From the IMG/VR virus record IMGVR_UViG_3300043432_000216, positions 1 to 36,657 of that record: 36,657 bases of DNA, one strand, 5' to 3'. The notes beneath the pieces are model-generated. The model was not told the DNA's origin, searched no databases, and saw only the letters and a program-made list of their open reading frames with translations. Origin of the DNA: a virus (taxonomy: Duplodnaviria; Caudoviricetes). The number at the start of each line of letters is the position of its first letter. The stretch's first letter is position 1. Made by a program: the position numbers and the translations under genes. Shown in pieces: positions 8,110 through 18,255 of this stretch.

Positions 8110-9851
8110 GTAGTGCATACGGAAAAGTTGCGTTAGATGTCAAAGGTTTGCTCAGTGCAGTCATGCAGGGCAAAGCCGGTCTTGAATCTTTGGCAAGCGC
8201 GGGCGAAAATATTGGCGCAGGGATGAAGCGTGCCGGGCAAGCCATGACCATCGGTTTGACGTTGCCCATTTTAGCAGCGGGCGCGGCATCCATCAAAGCG
8301 GCAAGCAATTTTGAAGAGACAAAAAATAAAGCAGTTGTAGTATTTGGCGAAATGTCAAATAGTGTTGTTTCAAATGCCAATAAAGCCGCAACTGCATTAG
8401 GTGTAAGCAGAACTCAATATCTTGATTATGCCTCTTCGATCGGTGCCGCATTAACTGCTGGCGGAATGGGAATAAAACAATCTACAGAATTGGCTGAAGG
8501 TGCAGTTAAACATTTCGCGGACTTGGCATCTTTTCATAATGCGCGCGTGGAAGATGTTGCGGTAGCGTGGCAAAGTGCCATTCGTGGACAATATGAACCG
8601 ATCCAACGGTATTTCCCGTTCATCACAAATGAGTACATGCTGACATATGGAACCGCTAATGGCTTGGTTGATGCGAACACAGAGAAATTGACCGCCAATC
8701 AACGCGCTATTATTTTGAATGCCATTGCCCTAGATTCGAAATTAAATCCAGCAATCAACGATTTTGCGGAAACTTCTAAAGGATTGGCAAATCAGGGAAG
8801 AATAACTGAAGCTGAATTTAGAAATTTGATGCAGACATTTGGAGAAAATTTACGCCCCATTGTTGCCACCTTAATTATAGAATTTAACAAGCTATTAGAG
8901 AAATTAAATTCTCTTTCACCAGTTCAACAAAAAATGATTATCGTATTTCTGGCAATGGTGGCGGCGATGGGTCCGGTGTTGGTGGTATTGGGCACGGTGA
9001 TCTCGTTCGTATCCACTCTGATCGGTTTCACAAGCGGACTGGCTGGGATGGGCATATCTCTTGGCGCGATCGGCGCGGCGTTGGGGACGGCGGGCACTGC
9101 GATCGTGGGCGTGGGCGCGGCATCATTGCCGGTGATCGGCATTGTGCTGGCAGTGATCGCCGTGGTGGGGCTGCTGTATTGGGCATGGAAGAAAAACCTG
9201 TTCGGCATTCAGGATCTCGTGGCGAAATCGGCGGCGGGATATCGTTATGCCTGGGAACGCTTCACGAGCTGGTGGCAGGAGAACACGAAGAACGCGGGCG
9301 CGAATGTCCAGGCGACGTTTGCAAATATGGGTCCCAACATTCAAAGCGCGTTTCAACGCTTTGGCACATCGGCGAGCGCTGGCTGGAATGCGTTCATGAG
9401 CTGGCTGCGGAATGCGCTGATGCAGGCACGCAATTACATTGCGAATGCGTTCTCGAATGTGAACTGGGGCACGCTCGGCAAAAATATTTTGATGGGTCTG
9501 GCGAATGGGATGTTGCTGGGCTTGCCGAATTTATTGGTGATCGCCAAGAAGATCGCGGATTCGTTATTGAAACAGATCAAGACCGCGCTGGGTATTCATT
9601 CGCCATCGGCGGAAGCCATGAAGTTGGGCATGTTCACGGCTCAAGGCTTTCAGTTGGGTTTGCAGAAAGTTTCACCCGAAGATATGGCGCGCTCGTTGGC
9701 ACGTCCGATCACGGGCGGGAACACGTCCACACAGCAGACGATCATTCAGAATTTCGCGAGTGGTCTGACGATGCAACAGGTGCGCGGGATGATCGCAGAA
9801 AATAACGAGGCGCTGGTCAATACGATGGTGGGCGCATTAGGTGGTGCATAA
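8094..9851 (+). CDS. Tape measure protein
   Basis: Ala/Gly-rich; G..MTIGLTLPI.A.GAA motif, hydrophobic middle, C-terminal LGIHSPS. Confidence 0.9.
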   Translation: MAIQLGSAYGKVALDVKGLLSAVMQGKAGLESLASAGENIGAGMKRAGQAMTIGLTLPILAAGAASIKAASNFEETKNKAVVVFGEMSNSVVSNANKAATALGVSRTQYLDYASSIGAALTAGGMGIKQSTELAEGAVKHFADLASFHNARVEDVAVAWQSAIRGQYEPIQRYFPFITNEYMLTYGTANGLVDANTEKLTANQRAIILNAIALDSKLNPAINDFAETSKGLANQGRITEAEFRNLMQTFGENLRPIVATLIIEFNKLLEKLNSLSPVQQKMIIVFLAMVAAMGPVLVVLGTVISFVSTLIGFTSGLAGMGISLGAIGAALGTAGTAIVGVGAASLPVIGIVLAVIAVVGLLYWAWKKNLFGIQDLVAKSAAGYRYAWERFTSWWQENTKNAGANVQATFANMGPNIQSAFQRFGTSASAGWNAFMSWLRNALMQARNYIANAFSNVNWGTLGKNILMGLANGMLLGLPNLLVIAKKIADSLLKQIKTALGIHSPSAEAMKLGMFTAQGFQLGLQKVSPEDMARSLARPITGGNTSTQQTIIQNFASGLTMQQVRGMIAENNEALVNTMVGALGGA

Positions 9852-10216
9852 TGGCAGATTTTCAAATCGGATCAACTTCGAGCATGACGAACATTGAGAG
9901 CCTGGGCACGCCTTTGGAGATCCCGAAGAGCGAATATTTCCCGTATGCGCGGACGGTTACATTGGGGAACGGCGGCAAGCGCGGCGTGGGTTTCCCGATG
10001 GCAACGTGGACATTTCCGCTGTTGACGGTGGAACAGCGCGATCAACTCAAAACGTTTTGCACAGATGCTTCAGCCGCGGTGTGGATTCGCACGAAGTTGA
10101 ACGATGATACCTACGCCGATTTCACAGCGACGATGATCTGGGTGGAGAATGAACCCAGATGGTACGGTGTGAAGCAAAATTATCAGATCGTTTTTCGGCA
10201 TTTGGTGGCACTCTAA
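9851..10216 (+). CDS. Putative distal tail protein
   Basis: 121 aa directly after the tape measure gene. Confidence 0.5.
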   Translation: MADFQIGSTSSMTNIESLGTPLEIPKSEYFPYARTVTLGNGGKRGVGFPMATWTFPLLTVEQRDQLKTFCTDASAAVWIRTKLNDDTYADFTATMIWVENEPRWYGVKQNYQIVFRHLVAL

Positions 10217-10256
10217 ATGATGAACGATGAATGCAGAATGATGAATAAGGAATCAA

Positions 10257-13208
10257 ATGGCTAGAGCGATCACGTCGCCTGAGTTGGTGTTGTTGCGCGG
10301 GGATACGCAATTCACGAAGTTATATTTGGCTGTGTTTCAGCCGAACACGATCTATACCGCGCGCTTGAACGGTGTGCCTGCCTCGAATGATCGCGTGTAT
10401 CAGGTCACATATGATGGCGGTTCGGGCACGCTGGCGAATGTGAAAGCGAACATGACGATGTATGTGGGCACGGTTGCAGGCGCGTATGACCTGGGCATGT
10501 GCCGCATCCGCAAGACGCCGGGGGCGACCACATTTTATATCGGTCTCACGAGCAGCATTGCGTGGGCTGATAATGCCTATCTCACCATCGTCGATGATTT
10601 CGAGTTGGACGCCAAACACGCCACGATCGCCAGCGCCGTGCTCTCGATGGATGTGGACGTGGCTTACAGCGATCAGCATTTGGATTTCAGTCCCGTGCCG
10701 GTGTTGGGGACGCACGCCGTTGCATGGTTGGATGCGGCAACTGTGGATGTGGCATTTGACGCTTCGGACTCATGGGTGATTGATTCATCCATTTCAACCT
10801 ATGCCTGGACCGCACCGGGGTGCGCTTCGATTGCTGATGACACTACGACAACACCGACGATCACGTATGACACGCCTGGTTGTTACTCGGTGTACTGCAC
10901 CGTGACCGCGGCGAATGGCAAGTCCACGCTGGGCGTGCGGCATGTGTTCGTCTACGACCGCACGGATAATCCTCCAACCACCGTGTTTCAACTCTCGCAG
11001 TGCATTGGCGATAACCAGACGGGGGGGTGGATGTTCGACATGTCCATGCAGGCAGAAGCCTCGCTGAGCGAGATCCGCGATCGGGCGCTGGTGGTGCTCT
11101 TCGCTGAGGATTGGTATGGGACGACGAACCAGTCCATCGGTCCGGTTTTGAACCGTGAAAATATTATCTGTGTCGGGCGCATCGTGGGCGAGTCCCTGCG
11201 TTGGGATACCGAAAGCGGACTGGTCCATTTCACCGTTCAAGGTCTTCAGCATTGGCTCGGCAAGATCAAAGCCTTCCCCGTTGAAATGACGTTTGCAGGT
11301 GCGGCGGGCAGTTGGTCTGAGATGCCCGCGTTGGATGTAGATCGCGTGTTGTGGCACATTTTGTATTGGCATTCGACCGCCATCGAGACGATGGATTTTT
11401 ATCCGACGAATGACACGCGCTTTTCAACCGATGGCAAGACCATCGCCTCGAACATTTGGGGACAGTTGAACGATATCGCGTTCAGTAAGATCTTCGCCGT
11501 GCCCGGTGTGGACCGCTTCGGACGCTTGTTCATCGAGATCGATCCGCAGATGGTACCCGAAGGCGACCGCGCGTTTCCCGAAGTGATGACGATCACGGAT
11601 GCCGATTGGGAGAACGCGATCGATTTTCAGCGCAAGATCATCGATGATTGTTCGCTGATCTCGTTGAACGCGGAAGAAGTCAATTCGGGCGGTTATGCCG
11701 TCACGCGCTATAGTCTCAGCCCTGGGCATGTGCCTTTACGCTTCGGTGAGCCTGAGATGTTGGATCGCGTGTTGTGCTCGGGTCAAACGAACGCGAACAC
11801 GCTGGCGGGCTTGCTGTTGGGCTGGCGCATCAATCAATATCCCGATGTGCCGATGACCTTCGCGCAGAACAACCGCATGATCGATGTGTTCCCGCGCCAG
11901 ACGTGCGGCTGGAGTTTTGCGGCGGGCGATACACCGCGCAATGTGCCGTATGCAGGCTTATTGATCCCGCGCCGGGTGGTGTTCTATTACGAAGCCGATT
12001 CAGGCTTTTTCCATAGTGAAGTCAATTTTGAAGGCGAGACGGTCGCACAGATCAACACGAACGGCGATATCCCCGATACGAACGAGATCGACATGGAAAC
12101 ACCGCCGATCCCTTCGCTACCGAACCTGCCCGATCTGCCGATCCTTTTGCCTGGCTTGGAAGGTTTCCCGTCCGCTGAATCGGTGACGCTGGGACCGAAA
12201 CGTTTGTTGGTACATGACAAAGGCGCGACCTCGAAAGGTTTGCTCTATTCCGCGACCGCCCCCGGCGATACCGCACGCAAGTGGATCACGGTCAATGCAG
12301 GCTTGACGAGCACGCAATATCAAGACATCAACCGCGTGGTGGTCTGCCCGAATGGTGCGGTGTATGTGGGCTTCGTTGGGTCCAATTCAGCCGCCACGTT
12401 TTTGGCGCGCGCGCCGTATGTGGGTGGGACGTTCACGATCTTGCAAGATGCTACTTCACTGATGGCAACGTTTGGCGGACCGATCTACGAGCAACAGATC
12501 TGCGCGTTTGCCTGTAATCCGTTACAGCCTGAAAAAGTGATGTACATTGCCGGTTATGGTTCAGCGAAAGCCTATTATGGCGCGAACACCAGTTTCACCG
12601 AAGGCGCAACCATCTCGGGGCTGGAGAAGGGCGGCAGTTTATCCTACGGTGCAGGCGCATGGTTATTCACGTATGAAGCCTGGTCAAGCGGCGCGATCGG
12701 CAAATGGGGCACGCTTTCCGCAGATGGTTCCACCTGGACAGGCGACGCGGATGTGTGGCACTATCGTTGGAAATTCCATGTGCGCAAGGGCACAACGGGA
12801 ACCACTTATCATTACTATGATGAAGCCGGTGAAACGTTGCGCGTGGGCACAGACAATCTGACCTCTGAAGCAATTGTTGGAACGCTGGTCAAGGCGCAGG
12901 ATGGCAATGAGTTGATCGCGTTGGATACATCTGGCAGTTATTTGATGGCAAGCCATGACACCACGAACAAAGGCAAATCATCCGACGGCGGCGCAACTTG
13001 GACGGATATCAGCGCGTTGCCTTATGTTGGAAACATTTGGCGGTTCGCTTATTCGGGCGGCGTGGGTGCGGCTTCGCGCTGGGTGGCGGGCAGTTCGTAC
13101 CTGTATTATTCCGAAGATTTCGGCGTTAGCTGGGTCAACATTCAAGGCAATTTGCCTTTGCTCAGCTCGCTCTATCAAGTGGATATCATCAAGGTGTTGG
13201 CATACTAA
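10257..13208 (+). CDS. Large tail tip/hub protein with PKD-like domain and C-terminal Asp-box propeller
   Basis: FDASDS....ISTYAW...TYDTPG.Y.V..TVT (PKD); Pro-rich linker; SSDGGATW and SEDFGVSW Asp-boxes. Confidence 0.7.
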   Translation: MARAITSPELVLLRGDTQFTKLYLAVFQPNTIYTARLNGVPASNDRVYQVTYDGGSGTLANVKANMTMYVGTVAGAYDLGMCRIRKTPGATTFYIGLTSSIAWADNAYLTIVDDFELDAKHATIASAVLSMDVDVAYSDQHLDFSPVPVLGTHAVAWLDAATVDVAFDASDSWVIDSSISTYAWTAPGCASIADDTTTTPTITYDTPGCYSVYCTVTAANGKSTLGVRHVFVYDRTDNPPTTVFQLSQCIGDNQTGGWMFDMSMQAEASLSEIRDRALVVLFAEDWYGTTNQSIGPVLNRENIICVGRIVGESLRWDTESGLVHFTVQGLQHWLGKIKAFPVEMTFAGAAGSWSEMPALDVDRVLWHILYWHSTAIETMDFYPTNDTRFSTDGKTIASNIWGQLNDIAFSKIFAVPGVDRFGRLFIEIDPQMVPEGDRAFPEVMTITDADWENAIDFQRKIIDDCSLISLNAEEVNSGGYAVTRYSLSPGHVPLRFGEPEMLDRVLCSGQTNANTLAGLLLGWRINQYPDVPMTFAQNNRMIDVFPRQTCGWSFAAGDTPRNVPYAGLLIPRRVVFYYEADSGFFHSEVNFEGETVAQINTNGDIPDTNEIDMETPPIPSLPNLPDLPILLPGLEGFPSAESVTLGPKRLLVHDKGATSKGLLYSATAPGDTARKWITVNAGLTSTQYQDINRVVVCPNGAVYVGFVGSNSAATFLARAPYVGGTFTILQDATSLMATFGGPIYEQQICAFACNPLQPEKVMYIAGYGSAKAYYGANTSFTEGATISGLEKGGSLSYGAGAWLFTYEAWSSGAIGKWGTLSADGSTWTGDADVWHYRWKFHVRKGTTGTTYHYYDEAGETLRVGTDNLTSEAIVGTLVKAQDGNELIALDTSGSYLMASHDTTNKGKSSDGGATWTDISALPYVGNIWRFAYSGGVGAASRWVAGSSYLYYSEDFGVSWVNIQGNLPLLSSLYQVDIIKVLAY

Positions 13209-14458
13209 TGGCAAACTCAAATGCACGCTTGCGCAAGGCATTGAAAAAAGTCAGCCAGCCGCAGACCGGTTGGCTGGATGTGTTCCCCGCGGTGATCGGC
13301 AAGGAAGATGGCACGGTGGATACCGGCACGCCGGGCGAGATTTTCGTGCGGAATGTGTTGAACGGTCAAACACTGACAGTCCATAATGGCACAGCACCCG
13401 CGATCGCCACGTTGCAGGTGGAAGTGGGGCGGCGGGTGGAACAACCGGGCTTGTGGCAGATCAAGGGTGTGCGCGAATCGTTCAGCGTACCGGCAGGCAG
13501 AAATAATGTGCCGTATCACGCCGATCAACACACGTTCCCCGCAGCCGATACGGTGTGGGTGGATCGCAAACAAATCCTAGCGTTGACCGTGTTGGTGAGC
13601 GATGCGGCGAATACGTTGGTGAAAGTGTTCGGTGCCACGGTCCGCACGGCTACGGGTGTGGCAGTCATCGATTCGCAGGAGATCGATCTTTCATCCTATA
13701 TCCCAGCGACGGGCGCGATCTATATCAGCATCGAAAGCGATGACGCGGGCGCGCTGACGGTCCACGCGGGGGCGGGGTTCGCCGCGCCTGAGTTGGCAAC
13801 ATCTGCGGATGTGCCGGTGCCCGCAAGTGGCAAATACATGCTGGCGTATGTCCTTTTGACAGAAGGGATGCTTGAACTATCGAATGACAATATCCGTGTG
13901 CCAACGATCCTGTCATCTGGCGGCGGGGGCGGGCATACTATTCAGGATGAAGGCACGCCGCTGACTGCGCGGGCTAATTTGAATTTTGTGGGCAGTGGTG
14001 TTGCGGCTACGGACGATGCGGGCAATAATGCGACCGTCGTCACCATATCAGCAGGCGGTGCAGCGGTCGCGGATATTGGGTCAACGGCTGAAACGGTGGG
14101 CGGTTCGGTTGACAATGGCACGGCGATCACTGCCTCACGGTCTGACCATAAGCACGCGATCACAAATCCAAAATTAGATGACCTTGCCACGCCTGATGAC
14201 AATACCGATCTGAACGCGAACACTACGAATCACGGATTGCTATTAAAGGCAACCGCACCGGCAGCGAATGAATTGAATGTTGTGGGCATTGCCAACGGTG
14301 AAACTGTATATGCCAACAAGGATTTATTCAACACCACTGCACCGGCTGATCTCGCTAATACGGCTTCCAGTGGCACGGCAATACAAGCCTCACGATCTGA
14401 CCATGTGCACAAAGCACCTGATGAGTACGCCAGAACTTTTATGTTGATGGGAGCATAG
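13208..14458 (+). CDS. Tail fibre-like protein
   Basis: IQDEG.......LNFVG motif; two ASRSDHxH repeats (14117-14155, 14372-14410); Gly/Thr/Ala-rich. Confidence 0.65.
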   Translation: MANSNARLRKALKKVSQPQTGWLDVFPAVIGKEDGTVDTGTPGEIFVRNVLNGQTLTVHNGTAPAIATLQVEVGRRVEQPGLWQIKGVRESFSVPAGRNNVPYHADQHTFPAADTVWVDRKQILALTVLVSDAANTLVKVFGATVRTATGVAVIDSQEIDLSSYIPATGAIYISIESDDAGALTVHAGAGFAAPELATSADVPVPASGKYMLAYVLLTEGMLELSNDNIRVPTILSSGGGGGHTIQDEGTPLTARANLNFVGSGVAATDDAGNNATVVTISAGGAAVADIGSTAETVGGSVDNGTAITASRSDHKHAITNPKLDDLATPDDNTDLNANTTNHGLLLKATAPAANELNVVGIANGETVYANKDLFNTTAPADLANTASSGTAIQASRSDHVHKAPDEYARTFMLMGA

Positions 14459-14459
14459 C

Positions 14460-14792
14460 ATGACAACGATTACAAGAAAAAATCTTGGACAATCCGCACC
14501 AAACGCAACGACTGAAACCGATCTATATACAGTGCCCGCATCTACCAGCGCAGTGATCTCATCCCTCGTGGTATGCAATCGCGGCGCGGTGGTTGCGACC
14601 TTTCGCGTGAGTGTGGCAGTGGGCGGTGGGGCAACGGGCAACAAGGATTATCTTTACTACGATGTCTTGATCCCGCCCAACGACACTTTCATCGCAACGG
14701 TTGGCTTGACCCTGGCAGCCACGGATAAAGTTAAAGTGTATGCCAGCACTGCCAACCTATCATTAAATTTATTCGGTGAGGAAGTGTTATGA
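14460..14792 (+). CDS. Small virion/tail-associated protein
   Basis: T.LYTVPA....V.....VCN...L.LAA.D motif typical of small phage structural proteins. Confidence 0.6.
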   Translation: MTTITRKNLGQSAPNATTETDLYTVPASTSAVISSLVVCNRGAVVATFRVSVAVGGGATGNKDYLYYDVLIPPNDTFIATVGLTLAATDKVKVYASTANLSLNLFGEEVL

Positions 14793-16054
14793 CCCAATCA
14801 ATGACGCAAGGCTTGGTATTTGGTGGAAACGTTGGCATTGCAGATGGCGCGAACCTGGATGCGTTTTCGCGTTTGCGCGTCTCTTCGCCGGTGACGTTGT
14901 TTGAATCCACTTTCCGATATGATCTTGCCCCGTTGCAGTACGAGCAAATCACATCCAGTGGGACGATCTCCCATGATGCCACAGATAGCAATGCTTTGTT
15001 AGCCATCAGCGCAGCCACGGGCTTGGCAGCCATGCAATCGTATCGCTGGATACGCTATCAGCCAGGGAAATCGCAGCTTGTTTTGGTAACATTCACGTTT
15101 GGGGCGGCGGCGGCAAATGTCACACGGCGGGCAGGATTATTCTCAGCCACGAACAGCGGCGCGACGGTCACGGTCCAGAATGGGATCTATCTCGAACAGA
15201 CCGGCGCAAGCACCGTGAATTTATGTATCACGAATGCAGGCACACAGGCGGATGAAGCGATCGCGCAAGCGAGTTGGAACCTTGACCCGTTGAATGGCAA
15301 TGGTTCGAGCGGTTTGACGTTGGACCTATCCAAGTCGCAGATACTGGTAATTGATATGCAATGGCTGGGCGTTGGACGAGTGCGAGTGGGTTTCGATATT
15401 GGCGGCAAGATCATCTATGCTCATGAGTTTCGACATGCCAATGCCGTGACAGATGTTTACACTCAAACGATCACGCTTCCGATCCGCTATGAGATCTCCA
15501 CTTCAGCCAGCGCAACCGCGGATATGAAACCGATCTGCGCAGCGGTCATCTCTGAGGGCGGACAAGAGTCATCTTTGGGATATACCTTCGCATCTGAATT
15601 TACCGGGACGGCTGGAAACGGCACGCGCGTGCATCTTGGAAGTTTGCGCCCCTTCCTGACGTTCAATTCGATTGCAGTACGCTATCCCATTATCATCACT
15701 GGCATTGATTCAATTGTCACCGGTGCGAACCCGGTGCTCTTTGAGCTAGTTTTTGGAGCAACTTTTTCAGCGGGTCCAACCTGGGCAGGGGCGGCATATT
15801 CAACCTATAGCGGCGTAGAATTAACAACAGCGGGTGGAACGATTGCGACCTCTCCGATTGTAGCCAGTGCCTGGTATAACCCTGCCGCGGCGAAAGCTGC
15901 AACGGGGCAAACCAAATCGCTTGAATTGTTTTACCCAATTGCCCTGAACGCAGCGGCGGCAAATTATGCGCTTGGCACAATAAGTCTGTATGCAACCGGC
16001 ATCGGTGGAACATCAGCTTGCCGTGCCATGTTGAACTGGGTAGAGGTACGATGA
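14789..16054 (+). CDS. Virion structural protein (beta-rich)
   Basis: DAF.RLRVS.P.TLF, YQPGKSQ and ID.QWLGVG.VR.GF motifs, seen in a common phage structural family. Confidence 0.6.
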   Translation: MTQSMTQGLVFGGNVGIADGANLDAFSRLRVSSPVTLFESTFRYDLAPLQYEQITSSGTISHDATDSNALLAISAATGLAAMQSYRWIRYQPGKSQLVLVTFTFGAAAANVTRRAGLFSATNSGATVTVQNGIYLEQTGASTVNLCITNAGTQADEAIAQASWNLDPLNGNGSSGLTLDLSKSQILVIDMQWLGVGRVRVGFDIGGKIIYAHEFRHANAVTDVYTQTITLPIRYEISTSASATADMKPICAAVISEGGQESSLGYTFASEFTGTAGNGTRVHLGSLRPFLTFNSIAVRYPIIITGIDSIVTGANPVLFELVFGATFSAGPTWAGAAYSTYSGVELTTAGGTIATSPIVASAWYNPAAAKAATGQTKSLELFYPIALNAAAANYALGTISLYATGIGGTSACRAMLNWVEVR

Positions 16055-17022
16055 GTCAATCCTTTACGAGAGAAGTGCCCATTGATCCAGACGCCACGCT
16101 GGGAGGCAATAGTGATTATGTCGTTCCGTCTCAAAAAGCGGTCAAGACCTACGTCACCAATTCAGCCGAAACCGCCACGAGCCTTGGCGCAGTCATTGGC
16201 GGGGCAGCGGATGCAACGCCCAATGATACCGATAATGTAGCCACCGCTTTGACGGGGGGGGGTATTCTCAAAAAGATCACCTGGACGAATGTCAAGGCAT
16301 TTATAAAAACATATTTCGATACGTTGTATGCGGTCACTGCCAAGGGTGTGACGAATGGCGATTCTCACGACCATTTGGGCGGGGATGGCGGCACGATCGC
16401 TTATTCGTCTTTATCTACTCGCCCAGCTCTTGAGGTTAATGCAAACGATATATTTCAGGTTGCATCGCCTGGTGGTGTATCAGCTTTTGTAGGTACGATC
16501 AACGGCGCTCCATCAGGTTCAACAGTTACATATAATGTAACCAGCGGACAGGAGGGGGCAATGAAGCCTGCGTCCAGTTCTCAGCTTGGAAAGATTCGGC
16601 TATATAACACTACCCGTGGCACGCGCGCTCTAATATCAGATGTCAATACAGCTACAAATGTCATTACACTTACTGCGTCAGTTCCAGCAGGTTGGGCAAA
16701 CGGGGACACAATCACGATTGCATCAGATACGGTTAGTAGTGCCCTAAGTTGGATCGATGTTGAAATCACATCGGGACCAACTGGCAAAACCTATTTATTC
16801 CTACACTTTCAAACCCTCACAGCTTCAGCAGTTGGTGATGGTATCCGCACTCATCCGTATGAAACATTTGCAACGGCAAAATCCATTGCAATGAACTCGA
16901 TGGTATTGAACGTAACAAACAATGGAATGTTCTTGCAAAAAATAACAGGAAATGTGTTTTCTATGGCTTGGACGGGAAGTCCTACATCTATCATCGTTAG
17001 GGAAGGAGGCTATTTAGAATGA
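16051..17022 (+). CDS. Tail fibre/receptor-binding-like protein
   Basis: ATG 16051 overlaps the previous stop; NSD..VPSQKAVKTYV and HDH motifs; AT-richer C-terminus. Confidence 0.6.
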   Translation: MSQSFTREVPIDPDATLGGNSDYVVPSQKAVKTYVTNSAETATSLGAVIGGAADATPNDTDNVATALTGGGILKKITWTNVKAFIKTYFDTLYAVTAKGVTNGDSHDHLGGDGGTIAYSSLSTRPALEVNANDIFQVASPGGVSAFVGTINGAPSGSTVTYNVTSGQEGAMKPASSSQLGKIRLYNTTRGTRALISDVNTATNVITLTASVPAGWANGDTITIASDTVSSALSWIDVEITSGPTGKTYLFLHFQTLTASAVGDGIRTHPYETFATAKSIAMNSMVLNVTNNGMFLQKITGNVFSMAWTGSPTSIIVREGGYLE

Positions 17023-17348
17023 CATACACACTTTATGAAAATGGTATACTTGAACTTGATGAAATGCCAGTACCGATTGACGATGGAAATCCAGATTTTA
17101 TTATTTATCAGGCATGGCGTGCGGCAGGCAATACGCCCGTTTTAAAAACAGGCGCGGATTATCTAGCAAAATTGAACGATCAAAATACAACCCGCTTACA
17201 AATCCGCACAGAATACCAGACAACCATCACGCAGTTACAGAGCATCGAAGCGGCTACAAATCCAACCAATGCACAGGTGATTGCGGCGGTGAAATTTTTG
17301 GCAAAGACACTGAGATTATTACTCAAACTTTTAGCACGCATGATCTAA
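17019..17348 (+). CDS. Tail fibre assembly chaperone-like protein
   Basis: VPID..N.DF..Y..W...GN.P motif; follows the fibre gene. Confidence 0.6.
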   Translation: MTYTLYENGILELDEMPVPIDDGNPDFIIYQAWRAAGNTPVLKTGADYLAKLNDQNTTRLQIRTEYQTTITQLQSIEAATNPTNAQVIAAVKFLAKTLRLLLKLLARMI

Positions 17349-17367
17349 TTGAAAGGAGGTGAGACTT

Positions 17368-17520
17368 ATGTTTTTTGCATCCAAAGAGAAAGGGCAGGGG
17401 TTGGTGGAATATGCGATCATCCTGGCATTGATTGCCGTGGTGGTAATCGCCGTGATGACCGTGTTGGGCAATAAAGTCAACAACACGCTCAGCGTGATCA
17501 GCAACGCACTCCCTTCGTAA
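17368..17520 (+). CDS. flp: Flp/Fap (Tad, type IVc) pilin, 50 aa; absent from the ORF track
   Basis: MFFASKEKG|QGLVEYAIILALIAVVVIAVMTVLGNKVNNTLSVISNALPS: prepilin cleavage G, E+5/Y+6, hydrophobic helix. Strong RBS AAAGGAGGTGA. Confidence 0.92.
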   Translation: MFFASKEKGQGLVEYAIILALIAVVVIAVMTVLGNKVNNTLSVISNALPS

Positions 17521-17523
17521 GGC

Positions 17524-17557
17524 AAAACCCCACTCATTACGAGTGGGGTTTTTGTTT
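17524..17557 (+). terminator. Intrinsic terminator, probably bidirectional
   Basis: AAAACCCCACTC-ATTAC-GAGTGGGGTTTT followed by TGTTT. Confidence 0.85.
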
Positions 17558-17851
17558 CGGGCAAATCGGGTGAGTGAAGATTTGCCTATAGCGATGTGCC
17601 CCCATGGGGGACAGTTCTATAGGCAAATTGTAACCCGTTCCCGCGGGAAGGGGAACCTCAAAAGGGGGGGATTCATTCGGGGTGGGGAGATAGTAGGTGA
17701 TCGTGCCAGCGATCGCTTTATCTTCGGTCTTATAGACTTTGATCTCTTGGATGAATTCCATCAGCGCGGCGCGGACTTCGGTGGGGGATGAGTTGGTGAT
17801 GCGTTCTTGCAGGGACTTGGCGAGCTGTGTGATCTGCGCTTCGTTTATATT
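17537..17851 (-). pseudogene. Possible C-terminal remnant of a large serine recombinase
   Basis: Minus-strand frame NINEAQITQLAKSLQERITNSSPTEVRAALMEFIQEIKVYKTEDKAIAGTITYYLP recalls serine-integrase C-termini. It is preceded by an in-frame stop and has no catalytic N-terminus. Confidence 0.4.
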
Positions 17852-17877
17852 TCAATAAATTCCTTTGTAACATAGAC

Positions 17878-17906
17878 TTGACAAAAATAAAATATAGGTG
17901 TAATAT
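17878..17906 (+). promoter_or_regulatory. Putative sigma70 early promoter
   Basis: TTGACA (17878-17883), 17 bp, TAATAT (17901-17906), in AT-rich DNA upstream of the HTH gene. Confidence 0.65.
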
Positions 17907-17950
17907 CCGCGTTACATAAATTATAAATGATTGAAAATGAGGATTGAGAA

Positions 17951-18244
17951 ATGAAAGAAACATTTGAAGTAGTAAAAGCATATCGAACAGCCCGCAAACT
18001 TTCCCTGCGAAAGTTTGCAGATGAGATCAACGAAAAGCTGATCAACACCGATATTTCTCATATGACTGTTGCGCGGATGGAAGATAATGAACGACCGATT
18101 GAACCCGATATGCGCTTGCTGTTCGAGTGTATCGCAACCTATACCGATTGGCGTGCTGAATGGGCGCGAGATTGTTTGCAGTCCATGTGGCACGATTTGT
18201 TTTTAAGTGGCGTAGTTCGTGTGGAATTGCCAAAGGCTGAATAA
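17951..18244 (+). CDS. XRE-family HTH regulator (Cro-like position)
   Basis: VKAYR.ARKLSLRKFADEI....ISH.TVARME. Confidence 0.8.
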   Translation: MKETFEVVKAYRTARKLSLRKFADEINEKLINTDISHMTVARMEDNERPIEPDMRLLFECIATYTDWRAEWARDCLQSMWHDLFLSGVVRVELPKAE

Positions 18245-18255
18245 AGGAGAAAACC

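Noticed and set aside
13208-17348. Diversity-generating retroelement or invertible tail-fibre cassette
   Set aside because: No reverse transcriptase, TR/VR pair or inverted fibre copies were seen. The 39-bp repeats at 14117 and 14372 are protein motif repeats.
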